Below are positions 25,420 through 40,050 of a stretch of 64,000 nt of DNA, piece by piece. How positions within the stretch are numbered: position 1 is the stretch's first letter; each line of letters begins with the position of its first letter. The notes beneath the pieces were generated by a model. The model was given only the letters and a program-made list of their open reading frames with translations. It ran no database searches and was not told the origin of the DNA. The position numbers were made by a program, and so were the translations under genes. Source of the DNA: Octopus sinensis (taxonomy: Eukaryota); contig NC_043008.1 of assembly GCF_006345805.1 (NCBI RefSeq), forward strand, positions 76,260,001 to 76,324,000, in the 5' to 3' direction.

Positions 25420-26070
25420 TGGAAAAGAAAAGAATGACTTCACTGGTAGATCTAATAAATTAAATTTTTTAATGATATAATTTTACAGTTTGGCTTGTAC
25501 ATCTAGTAAGTTCTTTGTTAACTTTGGTGGAGAGGTATTTTAAAGATACCTTGTTAACCTTTCTGCAGAACATTCTCGCATTCGTCGGTGGGGATTATTA
25601 AACTGTTCTCATGTTGTATTGTGCTGCGTGATTCTATATATAAAAGATTTGAATGCTAGGGTAGGGTTAAGTTTCGTTAATATGTGCGAGAGTGAAAGTG
25701 TGTTGATGAACAAGAGCTGAAAGAAAATAGTGAATGGTAAAAGCAAGATAATTGATTGAGAGTGGAGTTGGAAGGTGATGGCGTGGTTAAGGAGTGTTCT
25801 ATGAAGGCTTTGTGAAAGTGCACTCCTGTTGGTTCCATTTGAATAGTTGACCTTTGGTGAAAAATATAATGGTCAGATGTTTTTCAAATCCTTTGTTTGT
25901 GTGGGCGGTGTTAATGAGGTTTAAGAATTATGTCATTTGATAAAAAGGAGATGATAGCAGAGAGAAAAAATAAGATTACTTTTGGAATGTATTTTTTATA
26001 TTGGTTTGGGAGGGGCTTGGGGGAGATCATGCTAGCTTACTTCCCAACATATAATCATACAAAAAATATA
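25420..26070 (-). mobile_element. unclassified interspersed repeat (homologue of 33420-34155)
   Basis: Reverse complement aligns by eye with 33420-34155 (tctctctgctatcatctcc; ccaaaggtcaactattcaaatggaacca; ccagtgaagtcattct). Confidence 0.7.
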
Positions 26071-26092
26071 CATACATACATATATATATGCA

Positions 26093-27775
<1,683 letters not shown>

Positions 27776-29289
27776 TCAAAGAATCAGAAAAATTTCGGTA
27801 TTTTACAAAATATAGGGATGGAGAATATAGAAATAATTTCATATTTATATAAGTTTCTATACTAATTTTATATATATTTATATTTAATTGATGAATAGTA
27901 ATTTTTTGGTATTAATGAGTTAAATTAAAGGAATGTGCTAAAAATTTCATATATTTTCTATATGCTAATAATCTTAGAATATATCTCTTGTATTATAAAA
28001 TAGATAGTGAAATATATCAGTATGGTTCTGTATAGGTTGAGTGTGAACCCAATAGAAATGTATTATCAATAAAAGGATACAGTGAGCAAATAAATAAGGT
28101 AAAATGTTGTAAAATAAAAGTAAGGGAATTTAAATGAGTATATTGAAAAATAAATATGAATTATTGTAGAATATTATAGATAAAGGGTAGAATAGATGTG
28201 TGTTCTAAAAACTTATTATAGAATATACCTAGCTTATTTATATTAATAAGTGAGGTAAGCTGTTATAAGAAAATCTCTTATAATTTTATAATTTCTAGAT
28301 TATAATTAATATTTACTTATCATGGGATTTGTCATAAATGACTAGTGTCTAATATCGGGTAAAGAAATGGTCAATCTATTGCATAAAAGTTATATTATTA
28401 ATAAGACTTATATAAAATTTTGGGTTCTATTATAGATTTAAGAAAAAGTTATTATTATTCCATATATGATAATTTATATTTATTAATTGGAACTTAGAAA
28501 ATATTATCTTCTTCTTTATTTATAATTTATTTATAAAGCTTTCTAATACATACAAAGATCATGAGGGTGGGGTTGTTTTAGAGAGATAGAAACCAAATAA
28601 CCTAGATAGTATTATCTATTCTTTATCAGGTTTTGAATATTCATTAAGGAGAATTAGAAGAAGCTTTATGATAATATTCCTAGTAAATAAGGTATTAATT
28701 GGCACACATATCAAAATCTTAAACATATAATGGAAGGGAGGCAACCAAGATGTAAGTTTCTAAAATTAGAAACATTTAAATTTAGTATTAAGAATGAAGT
28801 GTAGTTTTATGGAGTATAATAATTTAGGCTACTTAAAGGTAATATTCATAATATTGAAAAAAAAGAATTAGGTGGAGTAGAATTCCTGCAGAAATAGATA
28901 TGGAAATTACCAATCCTTTAAGACTTATTGTGGATTAGGTATACAACTTAATAATTTTATTAGATATATAGAATTTATGTAATAATTATAGAAATTTAAA
29001 AACAATTTTATTCAACTTTATTCAATTTGTTTATGTTAAAACATTTTTTAATAACTATTGTTGATTAAATAAAAATAGTAGGTTATATTATTTCCTTATT
29101 AGATTTTAAAAAACATTAAGATCTAAATTTCGGAACAAGACGCAACAAAAATTTGAGGAAAATAAAAATAAGTGGAAATTTTGACGATGATTGGGTTAAA
29201 TTATAAGGCACAAAAAGAAAATGGCTCTCCCCAGACACAACACAACCTATTGTTAGGTTCTGTTATTATTTTATTGTATTTGTATCATA

Positions 29290-29570
29290 CTATCCGTTTT
29301 TTTCCGGCCTCGTTTTTGTATACATTCGCTGCTTTCTTCCAAGGAATCTAATGCTCTTAGCTTAGTCTTTCATTGGAGCTGGCCAGATTAGAGCAATCTT
29401 GAGTATAATCAGCCGAAATTGCGAAGATAATCTGGTACTTGACTGACGAAAGAAAATTTCGAATGACCGTCTTTGGTTTCTTTTTATCGTCTATATCGAT
29501 GTTTTGTCGTCTCATTTTTGTATCACCCAACTGTCCAGATGTTTTGCCTTTTTGTCCCATTTTGAATTTA
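29290..29570 (+). mobile_element. family A repeat 3' end
   Basis: tacattcgct...ccagatt...aatctggtacttgactgacga...ttttgtcccattttgaatttata; tail-to-tail with the next copy across (CA)n(TA)n. Confidence 0.65.
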
Positions 29571-29595
29571 TACACACACACACACACACACATAC

Positions 29596-29629
<34 letters not shown>

Positions 29630-29631
<2 letters not shown>

Positions 29632-30170
29632 ATGGAACAAAAATGCAATAGAGTACAATAAAACATTCCGACAGATAGACGATACAAAGGCAGACAAGAG
29701 AAACAACGATTAGAAGGACAAGAAAAAAAGACGGGTCATTCATGGCCTTCCATCCTCAGTCAAGTTCCAGAGTCCCAGAAGTAACAACCGTTTCGGGGTG
29801 TTTCACTTCAGACGGTTTGATCTGGTTGCCCCCAAAAGGTCTAACCTAAGATCATTAGACTCCTTTGTAAGAAAGCTAGCGAATGTGTACGGCAACAAAG
29901 ACAAAAAGCGGAGAACATTGTACACAAAAGGACATGGAGAACATGGTACACAATTACGAAAACAAACAAGAAAATAACCACAGACGTGTTTCGATCGAGA
30001 AGAAATCAAATTGAGCTGGCATGTATGAAGGGAAAGCCTAAAGGCAGTAACATAGGAGATGGGCATAAGAGGTGTTGAAGATCGGCTGTAAGGGCAAGAA
30101 AGAAAGATGGATGGCTGGACACCGGTCACGTGGAAGGAGAGATTAGGTAGGGTACAGCGGGGCCCGTGTT
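29630..30170 (-). mobile_element. family A repeat 3' region, reverse orientation
   Basis: aatggaacaa...catcctcagtcaagttccag...tcaaattgagctggc...acaccggtcacgtgg, homologous to 500-1050. Confidence 0.65.
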
Positions 30171-30433
30171 TTGACACCTGTATATTTATATATACCTACA
30201 TACACATGCATACGTACACACACATGTATACGTACCTACAATACTCAATTATTTAAGTTCACATATACATTGTGGAGGAAGGTGATTAGTGAAATAGTAG
30301 TGTATCTCCGACGGTTGTTCGTCTCTTCAACGATCGAAAGATTGAAAGTGTGGGTATCATCCACTTCTGTTTCGACATATGCATCTTTTATTAAAGCAAA
30401 GGGATAATCCCGTTATTGGGTGGTGGGATACTA

Positions 30434-30496
<63 letters not shown>

Positions 30497-30514
30497 TTAG
30501 TTGTGGCTTGCACA

Positions 30515-33270
30515 TTCTAATGAATGAAATGTTCCTTGTCCGACCATAACTTAAAGAAGGGGAAGATTGTGAATTTCCTCTTTCTGCAATGATGCAAAGT
30601 TTTCACCACAAGTCGTGTTACAGGCAAGGATGTCTCCAATTTGTTGTTTATGTACACGAAATCTGTCATATAGAGCCGTTCCGGTTTCAGCAATGTAATA
30701 TTCTTTACATTGTGGGCAAGTTGCACAGTAAATTTTTTTTTTTTGTTCTGCAATTAATGTTTGCTTTAACTTTGAAAATTACAATATTTTTAACAATTTG
30801 TCTACGCTCTTCAATGCATTCACAAGTTCTACATCGAGAGTCCTCGATTTCTTAACTTGCATTGTTTCAATGTTAGAGGTAAATTTCACCTTGGTGAGCA
30901 GTTTTTTTTATGTTGGGTTCTTGGTACTTGCTATATATTATTTGAGTCTTTTATGAGTGAATTCATTCTGGAGGGTTGTTGGAGAATTGGGAGATATTGT
31001 ATGGCGGCTTTCAATTTCACAGTGTTGCAGTTACTTGGGTTGTGAGTGACGACAAAAGAAATGACTGTTTTTCCTTTTTATTTTGTTGGTTTGTTTTTCT
31101 CAGTGTTGCCACTGGAATATTCTGGATCTTAGAGATGGCCGTATTAATGAAGTTCACCGGATATTCTTGTCTTTTAAGGAGCCATTTTAGTTCATATTAT
31201 CTTTTTCCTGTAGTGTGTTTTTATACCATTGTGCAGATGTATCTTTTTATGATAAAGGGAATGTTCCTTTTTGTAGATGAGAGCAGTGCAGATCGGAAAT
31301 TTAAGTACTAGTGTGTGTCTGTTGGTTTGTAAAATAAGTCTGTTTCGATAATTTCCCTCCTTTAGAAATAAGGATATCCAGAAAAGGTAGTTCCTTACTA
31401 CTATAATCCAGTGTAAATTGTATTGCTGCTTATGATGGAGTAAAACCTTTGCAGGTTTTCTTGGTCTTCAAGATGAAGTAATCGTCTAGGTAACGTTTCC
31501 AGTGTTATTAATGTAGGCGGCGAAGTCGTGACTGAACGCTTCCTGCAGCTAGTAACAGAGTTTTGCCTCTAGGTAACCCATAACAAGTGCTGCATATGCT
31601 GGGGCTACTTCCGTGGCCATGGCCATTCCTTTTAAATGTAAATACAGTTCGTTGTCAAAGAAGATGTGGTTTTTCTCCAATATTAATTAGAGCGCTTCCA
31701 AAATAAACTCTTTAGGAAATCTCTCTGAAATGGAAACTGGGCATCCTGTAATCCAGACTTCAACAGCTTCAATCCCTAAGTCGAGTGGAATGTTAGTATA
31801 TAAGCTTGTTACGTCAAAGCTGACTAAGATTGTGTTTTGGTGTACTTATGAGGTGATATAGTTCAGGAATCCATATCATATCTGATGTAGCTTGGCACTT
31901 TTTTACATGGTAGGTTCAGAATGATGTCTAATAAGTTGCTTAGACTTTGTGTTCTTCAGGTTGGACCAGCAACAATTAGGCGTAATTATAAATCTATCGC
32001 TTTTTGTACATCGGAATACTATTTATTTTTGCCTTCTATGTTGTTTTGGATTTCTTTGGATTTGTAAACTTTCGGTAATCTATAAAAATTGCTGGTTTTC
32101 ACTTCGAAGTTGGTTAAGCAATTGATTTCCTTTAGCGTGAGTTTATTTTTGTACATTGTCATCAGTTTACCTAGTCGAATCATCGAATTTCTTTCTTCAC
32201 ATTTGTTGATTTTCCTGTAAAACCATCGAAATTCAACTGTTCTAGGACCATGTCGTCTTAATGGCTTTTGTCCATGATGACGATTGCACTGTGTTGGTCA
32301 GTATTTTTTTTTTGTTTTATTTTATTATTGAGGAGTTTTTTCTAGATTGTATAGTGCTATCAGTTGGTCTGTAGGGATGTTTGGTTTGTGTTTCGTCTCT
32401 GCAATATTTCACTGTGCCGATATCGTAGGCAGGCTATGTATTCTTCCAGGTGTCTGGCTATATTTAGCGGGGGTTTGAAGGACTTTTGTGTATTTCACCA
32501 GTGATTCGACTTCGTATTCTCCAAAGAATACTCCTGGACGTAATTTTCGATAAAAACCTTCTGTTTCTCTTATGAGATCGGCTTGATCTGCTTTCGGGGT
32601 AGGTGTGAACTTCAGTCTATTTTATAACAATTTGAGTTACTGTTATGCTAATTTCTTCGCCGATAAGTTGATTACTTTTGGTGTCTGTGGGTTTTCCTCG
32701 CCACGTGTCATTTGAAGGGTCGTTTTTTTTTTGTTTTCTTTCATTTGATGGTAGGTACCTTGTCCTAAAGAATAATTCCTATTTTGGATAGGGGTGTTTC
32801 TATTGTACTGAAATATTCTGTTCGCTGGCATTTCGTGTTGATAATTTTCTGAACAGTACAGTTTTGTTTGATGGTTGATATATGGGGATTTGGTTCTTCT
32901 GTTGTTCCGTTCGTTCTTCATATATCTTCGATTTTGTCTATTGTAATTGTTCTTGGGGTTTTAACGGTAGTTATATCTGGCTCTGGTGTTTGGTGTTTGG
33001 TCTATGTATAATTGTAAGCTTGGGATTTTCCGATCTCTGGTTGAAGTTTGTTTATTGCTTGAGAATTCTTCATTTCTTACGTTTTGGAATTGTCCCAAAT
33101 TTGACAGCTTCTTATGTGTTTGTTTTCTGGGTTTTAGTTGGCCTTTCCCATGTTCTTTTTATATTCTTGTAGCCATTGTGTTCTTGACTCCAGGATTTTC
33201 TTAGATTTTAATTCCTCTTCAGTTGTATTAGACTTCCATAATTCAAAGAGTTTTTCACGCACGTCCCGCT
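30515..33270 (-). pseudogene. near full-length, decayed Penelope-like retroelement (RT + GIY-YIG)
   Basis: Minus-strand motifs FYRLPKVYKS, RLIVAGP, TILVSFDVTSLYTNIP, GMAMATEVAPAYAALVMGYLE, WKRYLDDYFI, LPFLDIL..ETDLFYKPTD, and GIY-YIG remnant ..KFTIFPFFKL; many stops and frameshifts. Confidence 0.9.
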
Positions 33271-33372
33271 GCTTTTTCTATGTGTGTATATGCATATATG
33301 TGTATTCATATGTATGTGCGCATGCATATATATGTATGTATATGTAGACGTATGTATGCATGTATATATGCA

Positions 33373-33419
<47 letters not shown>

Positions 33420-34155
33420 AATTTTTCTAAGTTTCTATGTAGGGAAGTAAATATATGAGCTAGCAAGCCAATATAAAAAATACATTTCTATCAGCAAACA
33501 TTCCAAAATTAACCATATTTTTTCTCTCTGCTATCATCTCCTTTTTATCAAAAGATATGACTCTTAAACCTCCTTAACACCACCCCCACACACACAGACA
33601 CGCCTAAACTCATCTTTTACATAGAAAATTATTGAAGTTTATCCTTATGAAATTAAGATACTTGATTCAGGCATATGAAAAGAATTTGTAAAACATCTGA
33701 CGATTATGTTTTCCCCAAAGGTCAACTATTCAAATGGAACCAGCAAGAGGGCACTTTTACAAGCCATTCGTACAAAACTCTTTAAACACCCAACCACCTC
33801 CCAACTCCACTCTCAATCCATTATCTTGTTTTTATCATTTACTGCTTTCTTTCAGCTCTTGTTCCTCTACACACTTTCATTCCCACACTGAACAAGCCCT
33901 GTCCCCATTTCATACAGACCCAAATCTTTTATACGTAGAATCACACGGCACAACACAACCTAAGATCAGTTTGACAATCGCTGCCGACAAATGCGAGAAA
34001 TATCTCCAGAAAAGTTAACAAGGAATCTTTCAAAAAATCACTCCACCGAAGTTAATAAAGAACTTATTAATTCTAGAAACCAAACTGTAAAATTGTATTA
34101 TTAAAAATTAAATTGGCTAGAACTGCCAGTGAAGTCATTCTCTTCCTTTTTCAAC
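33420..34155 (+). mobile_element. unclassified interspersed repeat (homologue of 25420-26070)
   Basis: See 25420-26070; flanked on both sides by microsatellites. Confidence 0.7.
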
Positions 34156-34226
34156 TATGTGTGCGCGTGTATACATGCATATATACATACATACATACAT
34201 ACATACATACATACACACACACAGAC

Positions 34227-34262
<36 letters not shown>

Positions 34263-34880
34263 AATATTTTCAGAATGAAATAAAAAACCAAGGCTGACAA
34301 GATTATAGGACATTTTTAAATGGAAGATCTCACAGCTGTTTCCAGGATACGGTGTGAGAAGATGGTGAAGCAATAGTTAATTTAGATATGATACGAAATA
34401 GAGAGTGAAGTGGATGCATGAAAATAGATGTGAGATATACAGGGATTTTGCATTTGTAGATCCATTATTTAGACAGAATGGTATAAAGTGACCTAAAAGT
34501 AGGGAATGTATTTGTAAGATCAAATCGAAAATAAAGAAAAGAGTAAAAATAGAAGAAAAAAGAGAAAAAAGGAAGAAAAGAATAAAGAAAAGAAAGAAAA
34601 AAGAAAAACCAAGGACGGAGATAATAAGGGAAAGTTTACCAGTTAGTAGACAGTCAAGATAATTTGAAAGTAGGAATGAGGAGATGAGAGTGATTGAAAG
34701 AGAACGGTATTAGAGTGTAAAAAGATCGGAGGGATGGGGTGATAGAGTCAGAGGTATAAAAAGTTAAGGAGTGTCAGTTATGTAATGATAGAGTCTACGT
34801 GATGGGGCAGAGAGAGGGGTAGAAGTATGGAAAGAAGAATTTAGGAATATAGATTAGGGGGTTGGACAGATCAGTACTTA

Positions 34881-34925
<45 letters not shown>

Positions 34926-35501
34926 TGTTTATACATATAAATATCTATATATACAACTCGTAGTCATATGTATATGTGCATATGCACACCCATATATACG
35001 TGTATCTCTATGTATTATCGCCCCTATTTACGCAGGTGTACATATCTTGCATACATACATACATTCACACATACACATATACATACATACATGCACTTAC
35101 ATACATATACACGCACATATACATGCACGCATATACACACGAATATAATTAGATGGCTGTGATATTCGAGTATGAGTGAGGAATTAGATAAGTATTAAGA
35201 GTTAAAATATAGATTTATAAAATTATTGGGATTATCTAACGGGTATTGTTGAAATATACTGTATGGTCGTTTAGGCGTTTGGATTTGTGGTAGAGTTTGA
35301 ATGTGTGAAAAAAGTGGTGGTTGCATATGCTTAGTGCCTCATCATGTTTATTTAGCAGTGCTTTAGAGTTGTGTAATAGATTCAGGACAGTGCATTCGTA
35401 AATTACATTATATCTTCTGCAATGGGTTTGTAACGGGCAGATGATCCCAGGACGGCAATTACAATTAGGTGAATTTTGGGGACTGTGTTCAGAAATAGAA
35501 G

Positions 35502-35953
35502 AATTGCAGAAGATATAATGTACTTTACAAATGCACTGTCCTTAATCTATTACACAACTCTTACAGCCATGTACATAGGATCAAACAAATATTTTAAGCA
35601 ATGATATGACGCTCACCTCCATTATTTTAGATACGATAAACATAGTAAATCTACATTCGGCAACCACATACATCATCTCAAAAATACAAATATACCCTAT
35701 ACTCTATCATGGTCCATACTGGACTCGGGTCTTCCCTACCTTGGTCAACGTTCAACCTGCAAACCTTGCCTGAAGGAGGCACTTCACATATTAAAGCACA
35801 GCACTCCAGCACTGCTAAATAAACATAATGAGGCACTGAGCATATGCAACCATCGATTTTCTCACACATTCAAATTCTACCACAAATCCAAATGCCTAAA
35901 CGACCATACAGTATCTTTCCACAATACCTCTTTGGTAATCCCAGTAACCTTAT
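35502..35953 (+). pseudogene. PLE GIY-YIG endonuclease remnant
   Basis: NCRRYNVLYKCTV (frameshift) AMYIGSNKYFKQ*YDAHLHYFRY..STFGNHIHHLKNTNIPYTLSWSILDSGLPY..TCKPCLKEALHIL..LLNKHNEALSICNHRF. Confidence 0.85.
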
Positions 35954-37002
35954 AAATCTACATTTTAACTCTTAATCTCTTTCTAATTCCTCACTCATAC
36001 TCGAATATCATAACCATCTAATTATATTCCTGTGTATATGCTTGCATGCATATGTGTGTGTATATGTATGTGTGTGTGTGCATGTATGTATGTGTGTATG
36101 TGTGAATGTATGTATGCAATGTATGTATACTTGCGTATACAGGGGCGATAATACATACAGATACAAGTATATATGAGTGTGCATGTGTACATACACACAT
36201 GACTACGAGTTAAATATGTAGATATTGATATACATAAACATCTGTATAAATATATATATACATGCCTAATATATAGATATGTATACGTATTCACATATCT
36301 ACTTTCTTCTCTTAGTAAGCACTGACCTGTCCAACCACCTAATCTATATTCCAAAATCTTCATTCCATACTACTGCCCCTCTCTCTGCCCTATCACTTAG
36401 ACTCTATCACTACATAAATGACACTCCTTTACTCACTCCCTCTCTCTCTATCACCCCCATTCCTTTTATCTTTCTCTCTATATCACCCTCATTTCCCCAC
36501 TCTAATACCTTTCTCTCGCTATCACCTTCATCTCCCCATTCTAATACCTTTCTCTATGCATTACTCTCATCTCCCCATTCCATCTTTCAATTTATCTTGT
36601 CTGACCACTAACTGGTAAATGTCTCCTTATTATCTCTCTCCTTGTTTTCTTTCATTTCTTTATTTCTCTCTTCCATTTTTTTCCTTTTTTTTCTCTCTTT
36701 TCTTTATTCGTCTCTTCCTGTTTTCGATTTGACCTTACAAATACATTCCCTACTTTAAGTCTCTTTAAATAAAATCTTTGATTCAATAGCACTGTGTACA
36801 AACTCTATACTTGGAATGACCAATTTTTAAATACCATTGGATTTTACTCACAAGGTATTGGAATCTTATGTGTATACCATTCTGCCTAAATAATGAGTCT
36901 ACAAATGCGATGTCCCTGCATATCTCACATTTATTTTCATTGCTTCACTCTCTATTTCCTATCTTATCTGAATTAAGTATTGCTTAACCTTTCTCTAACA
37001 CC

Positions 37003-37052
37003 GTCTCCGATGATGGGATATACTATAAATATCCTGGAAACAGATGTCAGAC
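37003..37052 (+). ncRNA. type-I hammerhead ribozyme, U4C core variant
   Basis: GUCU CCGAUGA UGGGAUAU acuauaa AUAUCCUG GAAA CAGAUG UC AGAC. The mirror arm at about 34326-34349 has palindromic ACAGCTGT but lost the 5' half by deletion. Confidence 0.72.
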
Positions 37053-37268
37053 CTTCTATTTATAAATGTTCTAAAATCTTCACGGCCTTGGTTTTGTTAT
37101 CTCATTCTGAAAAAAATTTTTCTATATATACACACGCTGATATATGACCTACGTTGGACTCCTTATTCGGAAAATTACCGAACCTGGAGCTTAACTATGG
37201 TCTATCCATAGCACTTACTCAGCATTACCTGACACCTTTGGGTCATACTTACACCATTACCTGTCATA

Positions 37269-37320
<52 letters not shown>

Positions 37321-38798
37321 TATATATATACTTATACATATGTCTAAATATATATACACACATATATACGCACACACATATATATGTATATATGTATATA
37401 CATGTATACACACATATATGAATATAGATGCACACATTTATATGGCCAAACAGGTACTTGAAGTGGTTGCTGTTGACCTGTGGAATGATTTATATTATGT
37501 AGGAAAATCGATAGAGTACAAAGAACTTGCAGAAGGAGTGGAAAATCACAATTTTGGACAATGCAGTGTCCTTCCTCTGGGAAAGTCGAAAGCTGGGGCT
37601 TTAAACTCTGCTACACACACACACACACACTCATACGCACACGCACACAGACACACACACATACACACACATGCACACACACATACGCACACATATCGTA
37701 TATGTGTGCATAGACAACACATGAAGTTCGTTTCGGCTAACATATAAGTTTTGTTGAAAGTGTCAGTGAAGTTCCAGTGACAACATATTTGATTATGAGA
37801 ACAACTTTACAAGGTACAAGTACAAAATGCCGTTTGCTTTATAAAACTGCAGCCTGACTCTAACATTATTTGTAAGTATTCCAATGTATTTTTCTAATTG
37901 CATGAAAGACCCTTTTTCTATCAGAAATTTGATAAAATAGTATTCGACGCCATTTCACAGAAATTATACGACTTTTCAAAGATCAGATTACGACTTGTGG
38001 TCTATATGTAGCGTATGAAATATTATACACGAATGTAATTTCAAAAATGTTAAATTAAATTATAAAGAAAATACTTCCTTTCGACAAAACAATTATTTCC
38101 TTTCACTATTATGATATGTGAAATTTTTCATATGCCACTTACTTCAAAATTTAATTCGTGGTATCACACACACAGACATACACACGTACACACGCACATA
38201 CACTCGCATACACACATACACATGCACATATACATGCTCGCATACAGATCCATACCCAAAAACAACATACATACTGACATATGCGTGCACATACATATCA
38301 AGTAAAACAAAAGGGAGAATTAAAGTTCATGTTTCTCTATTGTATAGTTTGGCAGTCATCTATAAACCACATAAATTAAATTCTACGTTGATTACTTTTC
38401 TATTAAAGATATGAAAATGAATTCAAGAACAATATTTTCACATTGTCATCTTCAGTTGTATACCAGTTATAATATTGTTTCTGATATTGATTTTGATATT
38501 AACTTAAGTTTAGAAATTATTCCTTCTTTATGAACTAATTAAAATTCATGTAGAATCTTTCAATTCATCAGCGTACCAATGTGTATATAAAGGATTCTAA
38601 TTTGCCAAAATTAATCATTGAAAATTTAAACATATTAAATATTTCGGGATAAATAAGAATACATATTTTTATCAATCTAATAAATTAACGGATCATTTTA
38701 TCGAAATACACACACATTTACACACGCATGCACGCACAGATGTATGTCTATGTGTGTGTGTGTGTGTGTGTGTGTATGGAGGGATATAGTGTAGTGTA

Positions 38799-39280
38799 TT
38801 AGGTTGTCAAGAAAGTTCTTGCAGAATTTAAAATTTTGGTTTTAAATTAAGTGTTTTCAAATTAATTTCCGCTAAATTACTTTGACTTTATATATCAGTT
38901 TAAATCCCGTTTTTGGCTCTATCTAATCGTGTTACTCTTTTTCTTTTTGAATAATTACGCCACTTTTACGGAACGTTGAATACAGCATGGACAAAAAGCA
39001 AATTCGAACAATATTCCAGTTCAAGCTAGGCCGAAAAGCTGCTGAAACAGCTTGCGATATCAACGATGCGTTTCGTCCAGGAACCACTACTGAATGTACA
39101 GCACAACGGTGGTTCAAGAAATTTCGTAGCGGTGACGAGAGTCTTGAAGAGGATAAGCGTAGTGGTCGGCCATCGGATGTTGAAAACGATCAACTAAGAG
39201 CCTTAGTCGAAGCCAATCTACGCACAACTGTTCGAAAGCTTGCTTCTGGATTAGACGTAACGTATACGACAATTTCAAGC
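38799..39280 (+). mobile_element. mariner transposon 5' fragment (Hsmar1/SETMAR-like HTH transposase N-terminus)
   Basis: TA-ttaggttg TIR start at 38799; ORF 38987 MDKKQIRTIF.FKLGRKAAETACDINDAF..TAQRWFKKFRSGDESLEEDKRSGRPS..TTVRKLA; truncated before the catalytic domain. Confidence 0.88.
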
Positions 39281-39422
39281 AAATTTCAAGCAAATTCACG
39301 TCAGAAAACACGGTTGAAGCTACATGCCAAGGGCAGAAATCACGTGCTTACGTGTGGAAATTTGTGTGTTTTTTTTACTATAAATAAATGAAAGAATGGA
39401 GTCGAATGACGATTTATCAAAA

Positions 39423-39521
39423 TTCCTTTATTCTCGACATATGTTTCGAAGACTGCATATTCTTAATTCCGAAGGAATAAAGGGTGCATTATGCCGCCTT
39501 CACATCAGGAAAGACAAGGAA
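39423..39521 (-). ncRNA. type-I hammerhead motif, A9U variant (left arm, sense to the GIY-YIG frame)
   Basis: Mirror of 41725-41823; core CUGAUGU, helix II GAAGGC/GUCUUC, GAAA CAUAUG UC. Confidence 0.68.
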
Positions 39522-40050
39522 CTTATGTCAGCACCATGACGAACAAAAACGTTTAGATGACTGCCCACACGGAGTCCATAGTGATAATGAGTGTTTCTTT
39601 AAAATATTCCGTTATAAGCAGTGACGTCAAAATTGGTTGGATGGAGAAGATTCTAAAAAGTTCAAGAGTTCAAAAATGGTTGGAAGGGGAAAGTTCTAAG
39701 AATAGGAAGGTGACAGAGTGCAAGTCGTATGTATGGGGATGTGCCTATATGTGTGTATGTATATAACTGTATTCGTGTCTAAGTGTGTGTGTGTGTGAGC
39801 GTGATTGTGTATGTGGGGAGATAAATGCCAAATACATCTAGTGGTGAAGTGACAGGTTTGTGTTTGTGTGTTTGATTGTGCTTATGATAGAGAGAGGGAG
39901 AGAGAGAGAGGTAGAGAGACAAAGGTAAAACATACCCCAACGAATTTGGTAGTAGCCTACATGTAACGGAGTATAAAAAAATTTGTCTATGGTGGTGTTG
40001 TAGAAGTGGAACCAAATTATTAAATTCAAGGAGGTTATCTATATTAATCA

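Larger units (their letters stand above)
34261..37122 (+). mobile_element. PLE fold-back element: GIY-YIG remnant + 3' repeat preceded by an inverted copy
   Basis: 34261-35362 is the reverse complement of about 35809-37122, and 35363-35423 of 35502-35563. (TA)n at the left end, short TA run at the right end. Confidence 0.88.

Noticed and set aside
30301-30331. UUGAAGA-GACG/CGUC-GGAG hammerhead-like relic downstream of the 30.5-33.3 kb PLE (minus strand)
   Set aside because: Position and helix II fit, but both core strands are mutated and helices I and III are unsupported.
35611-35630. In-frame TGA in the GIY-YIG remnant as possible selenocysteine
   Set aside because: It falls at the conserved Arg position, so CGA>TGA decay is more likely; a frameshift lies nearby and no SECIS was recognised.
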